64,000 nt of DNA from a bacterium. Its GTDB lineage: Bacteria > UBA8248. The DNA is taken from contig OZ241875.1 of the NCBI GenBank assembly GCA_965203325.1, positions 1,056,001-1,120,000 of the forward strand. Direction: 5' to 3'. Position numbers and translations under genes: made by a program. Below, piece after piece: positions 9,924 to 22,201 of the stretch (position 1 is the first letter of the stretch; the number at the start of each line of letters is the position of its first letter). Under the pieces are notes generated by a model. It made no database searches. It was given only the letters and a program-made list of their open reading frames with translations, and was not told the origin of the DNA.

Positions 9924-10895
9924 TTAGTGAGTTGAGGGCATGGTGTTTTTCAGCATCTCTACGATACGCAGGGCAATCTCCAAAGACCGCAATTCTTTCT
10001 CCGGATCGGAAACAACATCCCGGAGTCGTACCGATTGCAAGAAATGCCGCAACTCCAACTGGAGCGGATTGCCTTTGTGGACGAAAACCCTCTCCACCTG
10101 GAATTGCTCGCGGTATTTGAGCTCCTCCCGGGTCAATTGGTGCTCGCTCACGGCCTGTCGATGAATTCTCAGTTCCTGGTCCGCGTAATCGAGTGTGATG
10201 AACGCGTCCGGTTGCGATACGGAAAGCGTCCTGATCTTGTTCTGCGTCACACGGCTTGCGGTCAGATTCGCCACGCACCCGCCCTCGAAGCAAATCTGCA
10301 CATTCGCCACGTCGTCCCGATCGGACAGAACACTCGACCCGGTAGCCGAGAGCAAATCAATTTCCTCATCCACGAGCCGCAAAACGATGTCCAGATCATG
10401 AATCATCAAGTCGAGCACGACGCCGTCTTCTCTCACTCTCGGCGAGAAGGGCCCCAGCCTGCGGCATTCCACCAGGGTGGGCGCATCAACGATGTTGCCC
10501 AATTCCTGAACAGCCCCGTTGAACCGCTCCACGTGGCCGATGTGAAGAACCAGATTGTTTTCGGTGGCCAGGTCGAACAATTTCCGGGCATCTTCCATCG
10601 TAGTACAAATGGGCTTTTCCACCAAAACATGGATGCCGTTCTCAAGGAAGATCCGCGACACCGCAAAATGCTGCAAGGTGGGTACGGCGATGGTAACCGC
10701 ATCTACCAGACCGATCAGGTCGGCGGGATCGGAGAACGCCTCCACACCATATCCGTTGGCCAGTTCTTGGGCGCGGCTCGGAACCAGGTCACAAACAGCC
10801 GCCAGATTTACGTCCGAAAGCTCGGAGAGCGCAGCCACATGATAACTACCCATGTGGCCGACGCCGACGACGCCAACTCGTAGAGAATCCAGCAT
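9924..10895 (-). CDS. Gfo/Idh/MocA oxidoreductase, GnnA-like (candidate UDP-GlcNAc 3-dehydrogenase)
   Basis: GVVGVGHMG, VLVEKP, GHVERFN and DLMIHDLD motifs; located between lpxA and lpxI. Confidence 0.8.
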   Translation of the reverse strand: MLDSLRVGVVGVGHMGSYHVAALSELSDVNLAAVCDLVPSRAQELANGYGVEAFSDPADLIGLVDAVTIAVPTLQHFAVSRIFLENGIHVLVEKPICTTMEDARKLFDLATENNLVLHIGHVERFNGAVQELGNIVDAPTLVECRRLGPFSPRVREDGVVLDLMIHDLDIVLRLVDEEIDLLSATGSSVLSDRDDVANVQICFEGGCVANLTASRVTQNKIRTLSVSQPDAFITLDYADQELRIHRQAVSEHQLTREELKYREQFQVERVFVHKGNPLQLELRHFLQSVRLRDVVSDPEKELRSLEIALRIVEMLKNTMPSTH

Positions 10896-10924
10896 GGGCT
10901 CTTAACCTCGTAAAAAACTTACAC

Positions 10925-11707
10925 TTACACGCGGCCTTGGTAGACGCCATTCTTCGAATTCCGCACGAATTCTACCACGGATTGAATTTCCGCTCCTAAC
11001 GGCGCCTGCGCTTCTATTTCCTCTATTTTTTGCGCCATCGTGCCCGGCCCGTCGAAAAGGATTCCATATGCACGCTTGATTTCCGCTCTCACTTCGGCCG
11101 AAACGCCTCTTCTGCGCAAACCGACCACATTCAGTCCGACCACGCGAAAAGGAGCACCCGCCATCTTGACGAAAGGAGGCACATCTTTCCTCACCGCAAC
11201 GGGACCCACCAGAATCACCCCTTCCCCGATTCGCATACGCTGATGAACGCCGATGAAGTTGGAGATGAAGCTATTGTCCCCCACTTCCGCATGACCTCCC
11301 AGGGAGCAATGGTTCACCAGGATCACCTCGTCGCCGACACGGGAGTCATGGCCTACATGCGCTCCGACCATGATGTAGCATTTCCGGCCGATTACCGTAT
11401 TTTGACCCTGGTGCATCGAACGATGGATGGTCGCCGTTTCGCGGATGGTCGTACCCGCTCCGATTTCAACCCCGCCCGAATCCGACTGTAAATCAACAAC
11501 CTGCGCTTCCAGACCGATGACGGCATTCGGAAAAATCCGGCACCCCTCCCCTACGACGGCAGGTCCCTGAATGGTTGCGTTTTGTCCGATTTCGCAGCCG
11601 TCCCGAAGAATCACGTTTGGGCCCACAAAAGCCCCCGGGCCGATTTTCAAATCTTTCCCGAGCTGTGCTTCCGGATGGATATGGGAAGTGGGGGCTATAT
11701 CGTTCAA
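10925..11707 (-). CDS. lpxA: UDP-N-acetylglucosamine acyltransferase
   Basis: Hexapeptide repeats, IRETATIHR, HVGHD, GVHQ, KDVPPF, GLNVVGLRRRG. Confidence 0.93.
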   Translation of the reverse strand: MNDIAPTSHIHPEAQLGKDLKIGPGAFVGPNVILRDGCEIGQNATIQGPAVVGEGCRIFPNAVIGLEAQVVDLQSDSGGVEIGAGTTIRETATIHRSMHQGQNTVIGRKCYIMVGAHVGHDSRVGDEVILVNHCSLGGHAEVGDNSFISNFIGVHQRMRIGEGVILVGPVAVRKDVPPFVKMAGAPFRVVGLNVVGLRRRGVSAEVRAEIKRAYGILFDGPGTMAQKIEEIEAQAPLGAEIQSVVEFVRNSKNGVYQGRV

Positions 11708-11713
11708 TGTTTA

Positions 11714-12151
11714 TCAGGACCGGGGGACGGCGTAAGCGGAGAAAATACCTTCGGCGGCTATCTGACCCCCTGCAAATGCCCGCCCTTCAAACTTCCAAAA
11801 AGTCCTTCTGTTTTTCAGGAGTTTTGCGTGCAACTCCAGCAAATCACCGGGAACGACGGGACGCCTGAATTTCACCTGCTCGATGCCGGTGAAGAAAAAC
11901 TCGGCATCGGGTTCGACCATTTTCAGCTCGAACAGACAAATCAAACCGGTCTGCGCCAGCGCCTCGATGATCAAAACCCCCGGCATGATGGGATTACCAG
12001 GGAAATGACCCCTGAAGAAAGGTTCATCAATCGAAATCGTTTTCCGGGCTACGACAGATTTTTCTTCCGCATTTAGTGAGGTCACCTGATCGACAAAAAG
12101 AAACGGCTCCCTGTGCGGGATTAATTCCTGTATCCGCTGACTATCAATCAT
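11714..12151 (-). CDS. fabZ: 3-hydroxyacyl-ACP dehydratase
   Basis: [39 protein letters not shown]. Confidence 0.96.
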   Translation of the reverse strand: MIDSQRIQELIPHREPFLFVDQVTSLNAEEKSVVARKTISIDEPFFRGHFPGNPIMPGVLIIEALAQTGLICLFELKMVEPDAEFFFTGIEQVKFRRPVVPGDLLELHAKLLKNRRTFWKFEGRAFAGGQIAAEGIFSAYAVPRS

Positions 12152-13155
12152 GATTCCAGTTCGCCGATCTTTCTTTCGAGTCGATTCACTCTATCCGAAA
12201 GCCTCGGCAAATTCCTCAATACCGCAATCCGCCTGCGCGCATCGCGAACTTCCGCCGCCGGGTTGTGCATATACACTTTCCCGCCTTCCAAGCTTTGCAG
12301 CACACCGGTATCCGCGCCCAGTTTGGCGCCGTCACCGATTTCGACATGATCCACCACCCCGACACGGCCGCCCATCATGACGCCCCGTCCAATTTTGACA
12401 CTACCCGCAATGCCCACCTGGCTCGCCAATATGCAATCCTCCCCAATCACGACGTTGTGCGCGATTTGCACCAGGTTGTCGATTTTCGTGCCGCGTCCGA
12501 TTCTCGTCTCCCGCAACGTAGCGCGATCTATCGTGGTGTTCGCCCCGATTTCCACGTCGTCTTCAATGACGACCCTCCCGGTCTGCGGGTATTTGAAAGT
12601 ACGGCCCTCCTCATCGGGAATGTACCCGAACCCGTCCGCCCCGACGACGACTCCCGCATGAAGAATGACTCTCGCCCCGATTTCCACTTCCGCATACAAA
12701 ACACAATTCGGGTGTATGAAACACCCGGAACCTATGCTCACGTTCTCGCCGACATGCACACCCGCCCCGATATAGGAACCATCGCCTACCGCTGCGCCGC
12801 CGGCAAGAGATGCAAACGGCCCGACATATGCGCCGTCTCCGATGCGGGCCGTATCGGAGATACTGGCCTGGGCATCGATTCCGGGCTGGAATTTCCGGGG
12901 TGGCCGGAACAGCGAAACCGCGCGGGCGAAAGACAACCGGGGGTTTTGGGTTGAAATCGAGGGGCGGTTGGTTTCCAGCCCCTGAGGAACGATGAGAGCG
13001 CCTGCGTCAGAATGCGCACTCAGTTTTTTCGCCGACTCCACGTAGCTCAAATCTTTCGGCGAAGCCCTTTCATACTCGGCCACGTCGTGTATATCCACGT
13101 TCCCGTCACCGATCAATTCCCCGCCAAGCAGATTGGCGATGTCCGCGAGAAGCAT
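12148..13155 (-). CDS. lpxD: UDP-3-O-acylglucosamine N-acyltransferase
   Basis: [34 protein letters not shown]. Confidence 0.96.
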   Translation of the reverse strand: MLLADIANLLGGELIGDGNVDIHDVAEYERASPKDLSYVESAKKLSAHSDAGALIVPQGLETNRPSISTQNPRLSFARAVSLFRPPRKFQPGIDAQASISDTARIGDGAYVGPFASLAGGAAVGDGSYIGAGVHVGENVSIGSGCFIHPNCVLYAEVEIGARVILHAGVVVGADGFGYIPDEEGRTFKYPQTGRVVIEDDVEIGANTTIDRATLRETRIGRGTKIDNLVQIAHNVVIGEDCILASQVGIAGSVKIGRGVMMGGRVGVVDHVEIGDGAKLGADTGVLQSLEGGKVYMHNPAAEVRDARRRIAVLRNLPRLSDRVNRLERKIGELES

Positions 13156-13156
13156 T

Positions 13157-13747
13157 TTATTTCTTCTTCTGGTCGTATAGCCTGATCACCCTCTCCGTAA
13201 GATCCACTTTCGGGTTGACGAACAAAACACCGCCTGAGGCATTGTCTACGACGACGTCATAACCTTCGTTTTTTCCGATGTCCTCAACGATCACGCGAAC
13301 TTCTTTCAAAACCTTCTCGGTGGCTATTCTTCGGCGGTCTTGCAGGTCTCGTTCGCTCTCTCGCACCAATCGCCTCAAATTGTCCTGCTCACGTGCGAGT
13401 TCCCTTCTTTGGGAACGCAAATCGAACGCCTTGCGCTCTTTTTCCTCCTGGCGCCAAACCCCGCTTTTCTGCTCGATCTCCACCTGCAAATCCCGCACCT
13501 TGTTCGCAAGTATGCTCAACTCGTCGCGCCTTTTCCGAATCGCGCTTTGAAGCCTGTTTCTCTCCCTCTCCAAAGACGAACTCGCGGCCCGGCCGCCTTT
13601 CGAAACCCGCAATACGCGCTGAATATTGACGACGCCGTATTTCACACCCGCCGATTCCGCATGACCCGCATAGCCGAAGGCGAGAAGCATCGAAAGGATC
13701 AAAACAGATGGACCATACCGCCTCACTTCAGACATCCTCCCCATCAA
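13157..13747 (-). CDS. skp: OmpH/Skp periplasmic chaperone
   Basis: Signal peptide, GVVNIQRV, long coiled coil, GYDVVVD, DLTERVI; lies between bamA and lpxD. Confidence 0.88.
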   Translation of the reverse strand: MMGRMSEVRRYGPSVLILSMLLAFGYAGHAESAGVKYGVVNIQRVLRVSKGGRAASSSLERERNRLQSAIRKRRDELSILANKVRDLQVEIEQKSGVWRQEEKERKAFDLRSQRRELAREQDNLRRLVRESERDLQDRRRIATEKVLKEVRVIVEDIGKNEGYDVVVDNASGGVLFVNPKVDLTERVIRLYDQKKK

Positions 13748-13769
13748 AGGCGAAATCGGCGCGCGCGAC

Positions 13770-16085
13770 CTAGAACGCGGCCCCGATTCCCAAATGCGCT
13801 TCCCTTCTGCGCTCGTTGTCTTTTCTGTCCAGCTTGTATCCGATATCGAGCCGCATGGGGCCGATCGGCGTCACGATGCGCAAGCCGATTCCGGCGCCGT
13901 ACCTCAATTCCCCGAAATCGAAGGCATTATCCTCATCCCAGATGTTTCCCATATCGAAGAAAACCGCGACCTGCGTCGGGCCGATGAAAGGATGCGTCAA
14001 TTCGACGGAGCCGAGAGCGGCGGAGAATCCGCCTATGGCTTCGCCCTGCGAATCCTTCGGCCCCAGGTCGTCGGAAGTGAATCCTCGAACGGTGTACCTT
14101 CTCGTGGCGTACAAACGACGGAACGCGGGCGCTTCGCCATCGAGCGCTTCGGCGAAGCGAACATTGCCACGCAAACTCAAGACCAAATCCCGCAAAAGGC
14201 GGATTCGGAAACGCTCCCCGATGTTATGATATTGCCTGAATTCCGCCTCTGCGGTGAGAACGTCGACGTTTCCGCCCAACGCCGATGAAGAAATCGTGGA
14301 GGCGATGCTCCAGTAAGTGCCGTCCGTCGGGAAAATGGGTCTGTTCAGGCTATCGTAGACCAGCCTCGGAATGATGCTGCTTTCAAGGAAAGTTTCCCCT
14401 TCCTGCGCGAGAATCGTGGATATCGCGTTGGCGGAGACGTTGCTGATTTCCGATTCCGCGATCTCATAGGAGAGGAAACCCCTCAAAAACTCCTGAAATT
14501 CCCTGCCGACCGTTATCCGGCCACCCTGCCTTTCGTTGTCGAAAGTACTGTACTCCTGATCGACGAAAAAGAGACTTCCCCCAAGCGAATAGCCGGAGTC
14601 CCGGAAACTGGGGTCGAAGTATTCCGCAACCAAATCAAAGCGATCGGAAGAAATTCTGGTGAACAGGGAGCCGACCAGACCCTTGCCAAACAAATTCGCT
14701 TCTCTCAATTCGCCTTGCCCGTAAAGGCCCTCGTCGCTATTGACGCCGAGGCCGCCCGTTATGGAGCCGGTCGGCTTCTCCTTCACCTCGATTTCGATAT
14801 CGAGGATTTCATCGTTGCCGGGACGCCGTTTTTCAACGACCTTCACCGTTTCGAAATAGTTCTTGCGTCTCAGACGCTGACGCGTCAACTCCAGTCCCCT
14901 CGCGCTGTACAGAGATCCTTCGATAACGCGAACGTTGCGGCGAATCACGTTCTCGCGAGTGCGGGTATTGCCTTTTACCGCCACCTTCCCGATGTATACC
15001 CTTCGCCCCTTGTTGATTCGCACCGTGATGTCGACCGTTTTCTTCTTATCGTCCGCTTTCGTGAAACTGTTCACGTCCGCGAACGCATAGCCTCGGTTGG
15101 AGAATTGATTCGTTATCTTGCGCACGTCGGCGAGCAGGCGGGTTTTGTTGAAAATATCGCCGACGAAAACGAGCATTTTCCGCCGAATCTCTTCTACGGG
15201 GATGACGTCCTCCCCGCCGCGAACCTCGATTTTGGCGACTCTGTACCGAAAGCCTTCGCGGACGGGAATCGTTATATCGATGCGGTTCCTCCCCCGGTCC
15301 TCGCGAATGACGGGCTGGCTGACCTGAACCTTGGCGTAGCCGCGGCTCTCGTACAGCAAGCGAACCCGCACCAGGTCCCTCTGCAGTTCATCTTCGTTGA
15401 ATATCCCCGAACTCGTCAGGAAAGAGAAAAACCCCTTCTCGCTGGTTTCCATGACCTTGAGCAATTCTCTTTTGGAGACGTTCTCGTTGCCTTCGAAATT
15501 GATCGAGCCGATGCTGACGCTTTCCCCCTCGTCGATCACCAGGGTGACGGCCACCGTATTCGGGCCGCTTTCCTTGAGAACCGCTTCTACGCGCGCGAAA
15601 TAATAGCCGCTTTCCTGATAGAGTTTTCGGACGTTACGGACACTTTCTTTCAGGATGGATTCGTTGACGATGGTCTGAACCTTCACCGTCATGCGCTCGC
15701 GGATTTTCTCGAGGTCCAGGTTGCTGTTTCCGATGATTTCGATCTGGTTGATCGTGGGCTTTTCACTGAGTTGATATATCACGCGGAGCCCGCCTTCCAG
15801 AGACTCCACTTGAACCCTCACATCCCGGAAGAATCCCAGTTTGTATATGGCCCGGACATCCGCGCGGATTTGCTTGACCAATTCTACGTTGGTGTAGTTT
15901 TGCCCCTCTTTCAGCCGGACATAGAAAAGAACGGTGGAACGGTCGACCCGGCGATTCCCCTTGACCTCAATGGCCCGTATCGTGATGGCCGTTGAGTCCG
16001 ACTGCCCCCTCGCCTCATGCGGAGCGGCAATAAGCAACACGACGGCCACCAAGGCGCAGGTCAACACCTTCGCCGCACAACGCAT
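13770..16085 (-). CDS. bamA: Outer membrane protein assembly factor BamA
   Basis: POTRA repeats (GNRRVD, GNTRTRENVIRR), EKPTGS, VRGF motif, TPIGPMRLDIG, C-terminal Phe. ATG at 16085 preferred; the ORF extends to 16154. Confidence 0.95.
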   Translation of the reverse strand: MRCAAKVLTCALVAVVLLIAAPHEARGQSDSTAITIRAIEVKGNRRVDRSTVLFYVRLKEGQNYTNVELVKQIRADVRAIYKLGFFRDVRVQVESLEGGLRVIYQLSEKPTINQIEIIGNSNLDLEKIRERMTVKVQTIVNESILKESVRNVRKLYQESGYYFARVEAVLKESGPNTVAVTLVIDEGESVSIGSINFEGNENVSKRELLKVMETSEKGFFSFLTSSGIFNEDELQRDLVRVRLLYESRGYAKVQVSQPVIREDRGRNRIDITIPVREGFRYRVAKIEVRGGEDVIPVEEIRRKMLVFVGDIFNKTRLLADVRKITNQFSNRGYAFADVNSFTKADDKKKTVDITVRINKGRRVYIGKVAVKGNTRTRENVIRRNVRVIEGSLYSARGLELTRQRLRRKNYFETVKVVEKRRPGNDEILDIEIEVKEKPTGSITGGLGVNSDEGLYGQGELREANLFGKGLVGSLFTRISSDRFDLVAEYFDPSFRDSGYSLGGSLFFVDQEYSTFDNERQGGRITVGREFQEFLRGFLSYEIAESEISNVSANAISTILAQEGETFLESSIIPRLVYDSLNRPIFPTDGTYWSIASTISSSALGGNVDVLTAEAEFRQYHNIGERFRIRLLRDLVLSLRGNVRFAEALDGEAPAFRRLYATRRYTVRGFTSDDLGPKDSQGEAIGGFSAALGSVELTHPFIGPTQVAVFFDMGNIWDEDNAFDFGELRYGAGIGLRIVTPIGPMRLDIGYKLDRKDNERRREAHLGIGAAF

Positions 16086-16137
16086 AAGACCACCCCCCGA
16101 GGAAAAAGGGGAAACAAGTTTCAATTTTGCAGTGAAA

Positions 16138-18582
16138 CTATAGGTCCTGGACACTGAGCACTTCCGTGTCTTCTTTCAGTTCGAATACCAATTCATCCCC
16201 AGCCAGCTTCGCCAGGATCGTTCCCCCGTCCTGGAATTTACCGTGCAAAACTTCTTCGCTGAGGGTGTCTTCGATGTGTTTTTGGATGACGCGGCGCAGA
16301 GGCCTCGCCCCATAGGCCGGTTCGAACCCCTGTCTGGCAATCCAGTCTTTGGCATCGTCGCTCAGTTCAATCGTCATTTCCTTTTCACTCAGCGTCTCAT
16401 TGACCTTGTCGATTTCGATATCCACGATTTTCAGGATGTCCTCGTGGGTCAACGGCCGGAAGATGATGACGTCGTCAATCCGGTTCAGAAACTCAGGATT
16501 GAAGGTGCGCTTCAGTTCATCGCGAATGCTGTCCTTCATCTTGTCGAAGCCGAGGCCCGTGTCCACCTTCTGGAAGCCGAGGGACGTCCCTTTCTCGATG
16601 GATCGGGCCGCCAGATTCGAAGTCATGATGATGACGGTATTCTTGAAGTCGATGTTGCGGCCATAGCTGTCGGTGAGCAAACCATCGTCCATCACCTGGA
16701 GCAAAACGTGGTAGACATCGGGATGCGCCTTCTCGATTTCATCGAGCAGCACGACGGAGTAAGGCTTTCTGCGAACACGCTCGGTGAGTTGTCCCCCCTC
16801 CTCGTAACCGACATACCCCGGAGGCGCTCCGGTGAGGCGGGAGACGTTGAACCTCTCCATGTATTCACTCATGTCGATGCGAATGAGAGCGTTCGGGTCG
16901 CCGAACATGAACTGGGCGAGCATTCTGGCCATCTCGGTCTTGCCCACGCCCGTGGGACCCAGGAACAAGAAGCTGCCGATCGGGCGTTTCGGCCCTTTCA
17001 GGCCGGCACGCGCCCGGCGAACCGCCTTCGTCAGGGCGCGTGTGGCTTCTTCCTGCCCGATGATGTTGCTGTTCAACTCCTCTTCCATCCGGAGAAGACG
17101 CTCGTTCTCTACTTCTCCGATGCGCTGCAGCGGAATCCCGGTCATCCGGCTGACGACGTAAGCCACATCATCTTCGGTGACATACGGCTCCTCATCGGTT
17201 TGCTCCGCTTCCCACTCCGCCTTCAACTCGTCGAGCCTGCTTCTGTCCTGCTCCTCCTGGTCGCGCAACTCGACGGCCTTTTCAAAATCCTGCTTTTCGA
17301 TCATGTCCTTCTTGGTACGAACCGTATCTTCAATCTGGCGCTGAAGATCTCGGATGTTGGTGGGGAACGTTTCTTTCTCGAGGCGAACCTTGCTGCACGC
17401 CTCATCGATGACGTCTATCGCCTTGTCCGGCAGGAAGCGATCCGACACGTACTGGGACGACAGGCGAACGGCGGAGACCAGCGCATCGTCCGTCAACTGC
17501 GCGCGGTGGTGTTTCTCGTATTTGTCCCTGAGGCCCTTCAGTATGCTGACCGTGTCATCCACCGACGGCGGGTCCACCATCACCGTCTGGAAGCGCCGCT
17601 CCAAAGCGCCGTTTTTCTCGATATATTTCCGATATTCATCCAGCGTGGTGGCGCCGATGCACTGAACTTCTCCGCGGCTGAGCGCGGGTTTCAGCATGTT
17701 CGAAGCATCAATGGAGCCTTCCGCCGCACCCGCGCCCACCAGGGTATGCAGTTCATCGATAAAGATAATCACATCCTGGCTTTGCGTGATCTCCTTCATG
17801 ATGGCTTTCAGGCGCGCCTCGAATTGTCCGCGGTATTTCGTCCCTGCGACCAAAGCGCCCAGATCGAGCTGAACCACGCGCTTGTTGTACAAAATCTGGG
17901 GAACTTCCTTCGAGATAATCGATTGAGCCAAGCCCTCGACAATCGCCGTTTTCCCGACGCCGGGCTCGCCGATCAGGACGGGGTTGTTTTTCGTCCGTCG
18001 CGCGAGAATCTGGATGACGCGCTCGATTTCCTGCTCCCGCCCGATGACCGGGTCGAGTTTCCCCTCCTCGGCAAACTCCGTGAGGTCGCGCCCGAATTCA
18101 TCGAGCGCGGGCGTCTTGCTCTTCTCGCGAGAACGCGCAGCCACCGGCTCCCTCAAGAGATTGATGGTCTGCTCCCGCGTCTGCTGGAGCTTGACGCCGA
18201 AACTGGCCAGGATTTTCGCGGCCAATCCGTCTTTTTCGCGGACAATACCCAACAACAGATGCTCGGTGCCGATATAGTTGTGGCCCATCAGACGGGCCTC
18301 TTCGACGGCGTACTCAAGCACTTTCTTCGCTTTCGGGGTGAACGGGATGTCCCCTTCCACGGGGCCGCTCAAACTCTTGGGCAAATTACGTTCAAGCTCC
18401 AGCCGAAGCTGTTTGGGGTCGACACCCAGCTTCTGCAAAACGGCTATGGCGATCCCGCCCCCATCCTTCAGCACGCCAAGCAAGACATGTTCGGTGCCCA
18501 GATATTCGTGTCGATAGTGCTCCGCCTCTTCTCTGGCGAGGATAATGACTTTTCGGGCGCGCTCGGTGAATCGCTTGAACAT
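16138..18582 (-). CDS. clpC: ATP-dependent Clp protease ATPase subunit, ClpC type
   Basis: [13 protein letters not shown]-domain repeats, two AAA+ modules ([16 protein letters not shown]), short UVR-type middle domain, LGF ClpP-docking motif. Confidence 0.93.
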   Translation of the reverse strand: MFKRFTERARKVIILAREEAEHYRHEYLGTEHVLLGVLKDGGGIAIAVLQKLGVDPKQLRLELERNLPKSLSGPVEGDIPFTPKAKKVLEYAVEEARLMGHNYIGTEHLLLGIVREKDGLAAKILASFGVKLQQTREQTINLLREPVAARSREKSKTPALDEFGRDLTEFAEEGKLDPVIGREQEIERVIQILARRTKNNPVLIGEPGVGKTAIVEGLAQSIISKEVPQILYNKRVVQLDLGALVAGTKYRGQFEARLKAIMKEITQSQDVIIFIDELHTLVGAGAAEGSIDASNMLKPALSRGEVQCIGATTLDEYRKYIEKNGALERRFQTVMVDPPSVDDTVSILKGLRDKYEKHHRAQLTDDALVSAVRLSSQYVSDRFLPDKAIDVIDEACSKVRLEKETFPTNIRDLQRQIEDTVRTKKDMIEKQDFEKAVELRDQEEQDRSRLDELKAEWEAEQTDEEPYVTEDDVAYVVSRMTGIPLQRIGEVENERLLRMEEELNSNIIGQEEATRALTKAVRRARAGLKGPKRPIGSFLFLGPTGVGKTEMARMLAQFMFGDPNALIRIDMSEYMERFNVSRLTGAPPGYVGYEEGGQLTERVRRKPYSVVLLDEIEKAHPDVYHVLLQVMDDGLLTDSYGRNIDFKNTVIIMTSNLAARSIEKGTSLGFQKVDTGLGFDKMKDSIRDELKRTFNPEFLNRIDDVIIFRPLTHEDILKIVDIEIDKVNETLSEKEMTIELSDDAKDWIARQGFEPAYGARPLRRVIQKHIEDTLSEEVLHGKFQDGGTILAKLAGDELVFELKEDTEVLSVQDL

Positions 18583-18592
18583 ACGGCCCTCC

Positions 18593-19327
18593 TTACTTTT
18601 TTTGAGCTATTTTCCCATCCACCACGGCGATCACACGATCCATCTTCTCCGCCATCGAAGCATTGTGCGTCGCCACCAGAATCGTTTGCCTGCTTCTCTC
18701 GTTAATCTCTCGAAGCAATTCAAATATCGTTCCCGCGGTTGACGAATCCAAATTCCCCGTTGGTTCATCCGCGAGTACCACAGAAGGATTGTTAATTAAC
18801 GCGCGTGCAATAGCAACCCTTTGCTGCTCCCCCCCGGAAAGTTCTCCAGGCCGATGATTCCACCTGTCGGCCAAGCCCATCCGGCTTAACAATTCCTTCG
18901 CCTGCTCCTCCACTTCTTTTTTCCGGGCGCCGCGGAGCAACCCGGGTATCATAACATTTTCCAGCCCGGAAAACTCCGGCAACAGATGATGAAACTGGAA
19001 TACGAAACCCACATACTGATTTCTCAGTCGAGCCAACTCGACCTCGGAGCGCTCATACAGGCTTTTGCCCTCCAGAATCACTTCGCCTTTCGTCGGCCTG
19101 TCGAGCGCTCCCAAAAGGTGGAGCAAGGTGGTTTTCCCCGCTCCGGAGACTCCCATGACGGCCACCATCTCGCCATGCGCAACTTCGAGATCGACTCCGC
19201 TCAGAGCCATCACTTCGCCGCTGCCCATGGCGTATGATTTTTCTAGTCCCTTTGTGATGATGACCTGCGTCGACACCTCTTCTGGTGCAGCAGATTCGCT
19301 CATCTCCAATGTGCCCGAATCAACCAT
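18593..19327 (-). CDS. lolD: Lipoprotein-releasing ABC transporter ATPase
   Basis: GVSGAGKT, GFVFQFHHLLPEF, LSGGEQQRVAIARA, DEPTGNLD. Confidence 0.93.
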   Translation of the reverse strand: MVDSGTLEMSESAAPEEVSTQVIITKGLEKSYAMGSGEVMALSGVDLEVAHGEMVAVMGVSGAGKTTLLHLLGALDRPTKGEVILEGKSLYERSEVELARLRNQYVGFVFQFHHLLPEFSGLENVMIPGLLRGARKKEVEEQAKELLSRMGLADRWNHRPGELSGGEQQRVAIARALINNPSVVLADEPTGNLDSSTAGTIFELLREINERSRQTILVATHNASMAEKMDRVIAVVDGKIAQKK

Positions 19328-20585
19328 AACGGAGATTTTCTACCGGATCGACGCGAGAAGCCCGCCACGCTGGATAAAGTGTCGCCGCCAAACAGATAAT
19401 AAAAGCAACCACTGCCGTAACAGAGACATCAAAAGGCGTCATCTGCACCGGTAATTTCTCTATATGGTAAACGCTGGGAGGCAGTATGTCCAGACCAAAG
19501 ACACGCTCTAAAAAATCCTCCACCACATGGAGATTCCACCCCAGAACGAGGCCGCCACCGGTGCCCAGTACAGCCCCCACCAGACCGATAAAAGCGCCTT
19601 GCACGAAAAATATCCTCAAAATGGCGCCGCTCGTAGCCCCCATCGACTTCAAGATTGCGATTTCGCGCCCCTTCTCCATCACCACCATGACGAGTGAGCC
19701 GATGATGTTGAAGGCGGCCACGACGACGACGAGGAGGAGAAGGATGGTGAGCGTGGTTTTTTCCGTTTTCAGCGCGGAAAACAGGTTGCGGTTCATTTCC
19801 TGCCAAGAGCGGGAAGAATACGTCCCCGAGAGCACGCCCTGAATCTTGCGGGAAATGCGCTCCGCCGAAAAAATGTCCTTCACGCGCAAATGCACCCCCG
19901 TCACGGATTTGCCGAACCCGAAGAATGCCTGGCTCTCTTTCATCGAGACGAACGAGAGTCCGGCATCGTACTGATAAAAGCCGCTGCGGAAGATGCCCAC
20001 TATCTGGAATTTTTTCGTTCGGGGCACCAGACCCATGGGCGTAACCACCCCCACGGGGCTGACCATCGTCACCGTGTCGCCCTCCTTCAGAAAGAGGTTT
20101 TTCGCGAGTTCGGCCCCGATGATGATGCCCGGCTTGCCCGCGCCGGTTTTCCCCAGAATCTTTTTCAGTGCACCGTCCTTCAAGTATTTCCTGATATCCG
20201 TCACGTCGATTTCCCGGTCCGGAACAATCCCGCGCACCACCGCGCCCAGCACACGGTTCTTGAACGAGAACATCGCCTGGCCATACACGAACGGACTCGC
20301 CGCCACCACGCCCTCATGCTTGCGTGCCTTTTCCAGGACGTCCTCCCATTTGCGCATCAATTTAGCGCCCGATCTCGTGATGACGATATGACTCTGCGTG
20401 CCCAGTATCTTGTCGCGGAATTCCCGCTGAAACCCGGTCATCACTCCCACAACGACGATGAGGGTGGCGACGCCCAGCGCGATGCCCAGCACGGATATCC
20501 AGGTCGTGAGCGAGACAAAGGCGAGTTTGCTCCGCGAGCGCAAATGCCTGAAGCCGATGAACAGTTCCGTGGAAAAAGACATCAT
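19320..20585 (-). CDS. lolE: Lipoprotein-releasing ABC transporter permease LolC/E
   Basis: [47 protein letters not shown]; single permease copy. Confidence 0.9.
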   Translation of the reverse strand: MMSFSTELFIGFRHLRSRSKLAFVSLTTWISVLGIALGVATLIVVVGVMTGFQREFRDKILGTQSHIVITRSGAKLMRKWEDVLEKARKHEGVVAASPFVYGQAMFSFKNRVLGAVVRGIVPDREIDVTDIRKYLKDGALKKILGKTGAGKPGIIIGAELAKNLFLKEGDTVTMVSPVGVVTPMGLVPRTKKFQIVGIFRSGFYQYDAGLSFVSMKESQAFFGFGKSVTGVHLRVKDIFSAERISRKIQGVLSGTYSSRSWQEMNRNLFSALKTEKTTLTILLLLVVVVAAFNIIGSLVMVVMEKGREIAILKSMGATSGAILRIFFVQGAFIGLVGAVLGTGGGLVLGWNLHVVEDFLERVFGLDILPPSVYHIEKLPVQMTPFDVSVTAVVAFIICLAATLYPAWRASRVDPVENLRYG

Positions 20586-22153
20586 CCGTCCTGGTGTTTG
20601 CGCAACAGGGGGAAAAGGATGACGTCACGAATCGAATGCGTATTCGTCAGAAGCATTGCGAGCCTGTCGATCCCGATCCCCTCGCCGGCCGTAGGCGGCA
20701 GGCCGTATTCCAGGGCCGTCAGGTAATCCCAGTCTATCTCGTGGGCTTCCTCATCGCCGGCTTCTCTTTTCGCTTCCTGTTGCTCGAAGCGCGCCCGCTG
20801 ATCGTCGGGATCGTTCAACTCCGTATAGGCGTTGGCGATCTCGCGCCCGGCGATGATGAGTTCAAACCGCTCTACGATATCCGGGTCGTCTTCCCTGCTC
20901 TTGGACAGCGGTGAAAGGGCTTTTGGAAAATCATAGACGAAAGTGGGCTGTCTGAGTTTCGGCTCCACCAACTCCTCGAACAGGTACTCCAGGACGTGCG
21001 CGTGGCTCATCTCATCCGGAATGGGATAACCCTTGGGTTCCGCGGTTTTTCTCGCGAAATGGCGGGCTTTTTCCTGATCCTCCAATACGTCGTCCGGTGC
21101 TCCGCCCACCTCGACGATGGAATCGCGCCATTCATACCGCGCCCAGGGCGGCTGAAACGAGATTTCCTCGTCCCCGTATTTCAGCACGTCATCCCCCAAA
21201 ATCTCCCGGGCCAGCGACGCCAGCATCTTTTCCGTCAATTCCATCAGGTCGTTGTAGTCCGCATACGCCATATAGAATTCCAGCATGGTGAATTCGGGGT
21301 TGTGCTGCGTGGATATGCCTTCATTCCTGAAATTGCGGTTGATTTCGTAGACACGATCCATTCCACCGACAACCAGGCGCTTGAGGTAGAGCTCGGGCGC
21401 CACGCGAAGGAACAAGGGCATTTCCAGGGTATTGTGGTAGGTCGTGAACGGTCTCGCCGTCGCCCCGCCGGCGATGGCCTGCATCATCGGGGTCTCGACC
21501 TCGATAAAATTCAGATCATCCAGAAAGCGGCGTATCGACTGAATCATCCGGGTGCGCACCCGGAATACCTCGACCACCTCGGGGTTTGCGATCAAGTCCA
21601 CATACCGCTGCCGGTAGCGGGCCTCCACGCTTCTCAGGCCATGCCACTTTTCAGGCAGGGGCCGCAAACTTTTCGTCAGGAGGCTCATCCGGCGCACCCA
21701 GATGGAGAGTTCGCCCATCCTCGTTCGGAACACCCCGCCCTCCGCGCCGACGATGTCACCGATGTCGAGATCCCTGGCGGATTGAAACGCCTCCTCGCCG
21801 ATCTCATTCATCCGGATGAACAGCTGGATCTGCCCGGTTCCGTCCCGCAGATCGATAAAGGCGACTTTCCCCTGCACCCGCTTGGCGATGATTCTTCCCG
21901 CAACGGAAAAATTCGCCTCTTTCGCCTCATCGAAGCCATCCGCCGGCACTTCATGAAATTCCCCGACGATGACGCCGATTTGGTGCGTCGTCGAAAACCG
22001 GTTCACGAAGGGGTTGGCGCCCGACGCCCGAATCCCTTCGAGCTTTTTTCTCCGCTGCTGGGTCAATATGTTTTCATCGTCCCGCTCATCCGGCGACGAT
22101 GCCGCTTCATCCGCCACTGGGGCGCTCCTCCCATGTCCTCTTTCTGCGTCCAT
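20582..22153 (-). CDS. lysS: Lysine--tRNA ligase (class II)
   Basis: [44 protein letters not shown]. Confidence 0.97.
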   Translation of the reverse strand: MDAERGHGRSAPVADEAASSPDERDDENILTQQRRKKLEGIRASGANPFVNRFSTTHQIGVIVGEFHEVPADGFDEAKEANFSVAGRIIAKRVQGKVAFIDLRDGTGQIQLFIRMNEIGEEAFQSARDLDIGDIVGAEGGVFRTRMGELSIWVRRMSLLTKSLRPLPEKWHGLRSVEARYRQRYVDLIANPEVVEVFRVRTRMIQSIRRFLDDLNFIEVETPMMQAIAGGATARPFTTYHNTLEMPLFLRVAPELYLKRLVVGGMDRVYEINRNFRNEGISTQHNPEFTMLEFYMAYADYNDLMELTEKMLASLAREILGDDVLKYGDEEISFQPPWARYEWRDSIVEVGGAPDDVLEDQEKARHFARKTAEPKGYPIPDEMSHAHVLEYLFEELVEPKLRQPTFVYDFPKALSPLSKSREDDPDIVERFELIIAGREIANAYTELNDPDDQRARFEQQEAKREAGDEEAHEIDWDYLTALEYGLPPTAGEGIGIDRLAMLLTNTHSIRDVILFPLLRKHQDG

Positions 22154-22201
22154 AAAACCGTGATTTCCCCATCCGCCTCAATCCGGCCCGGTCGACGGCG
22201 A

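Noticed and set aside
16243..18705. 820-aa plus-strand ORF
   Set aside because: Antisense shadow of clpC with no recognisable motifs; expected from GC3 bias.
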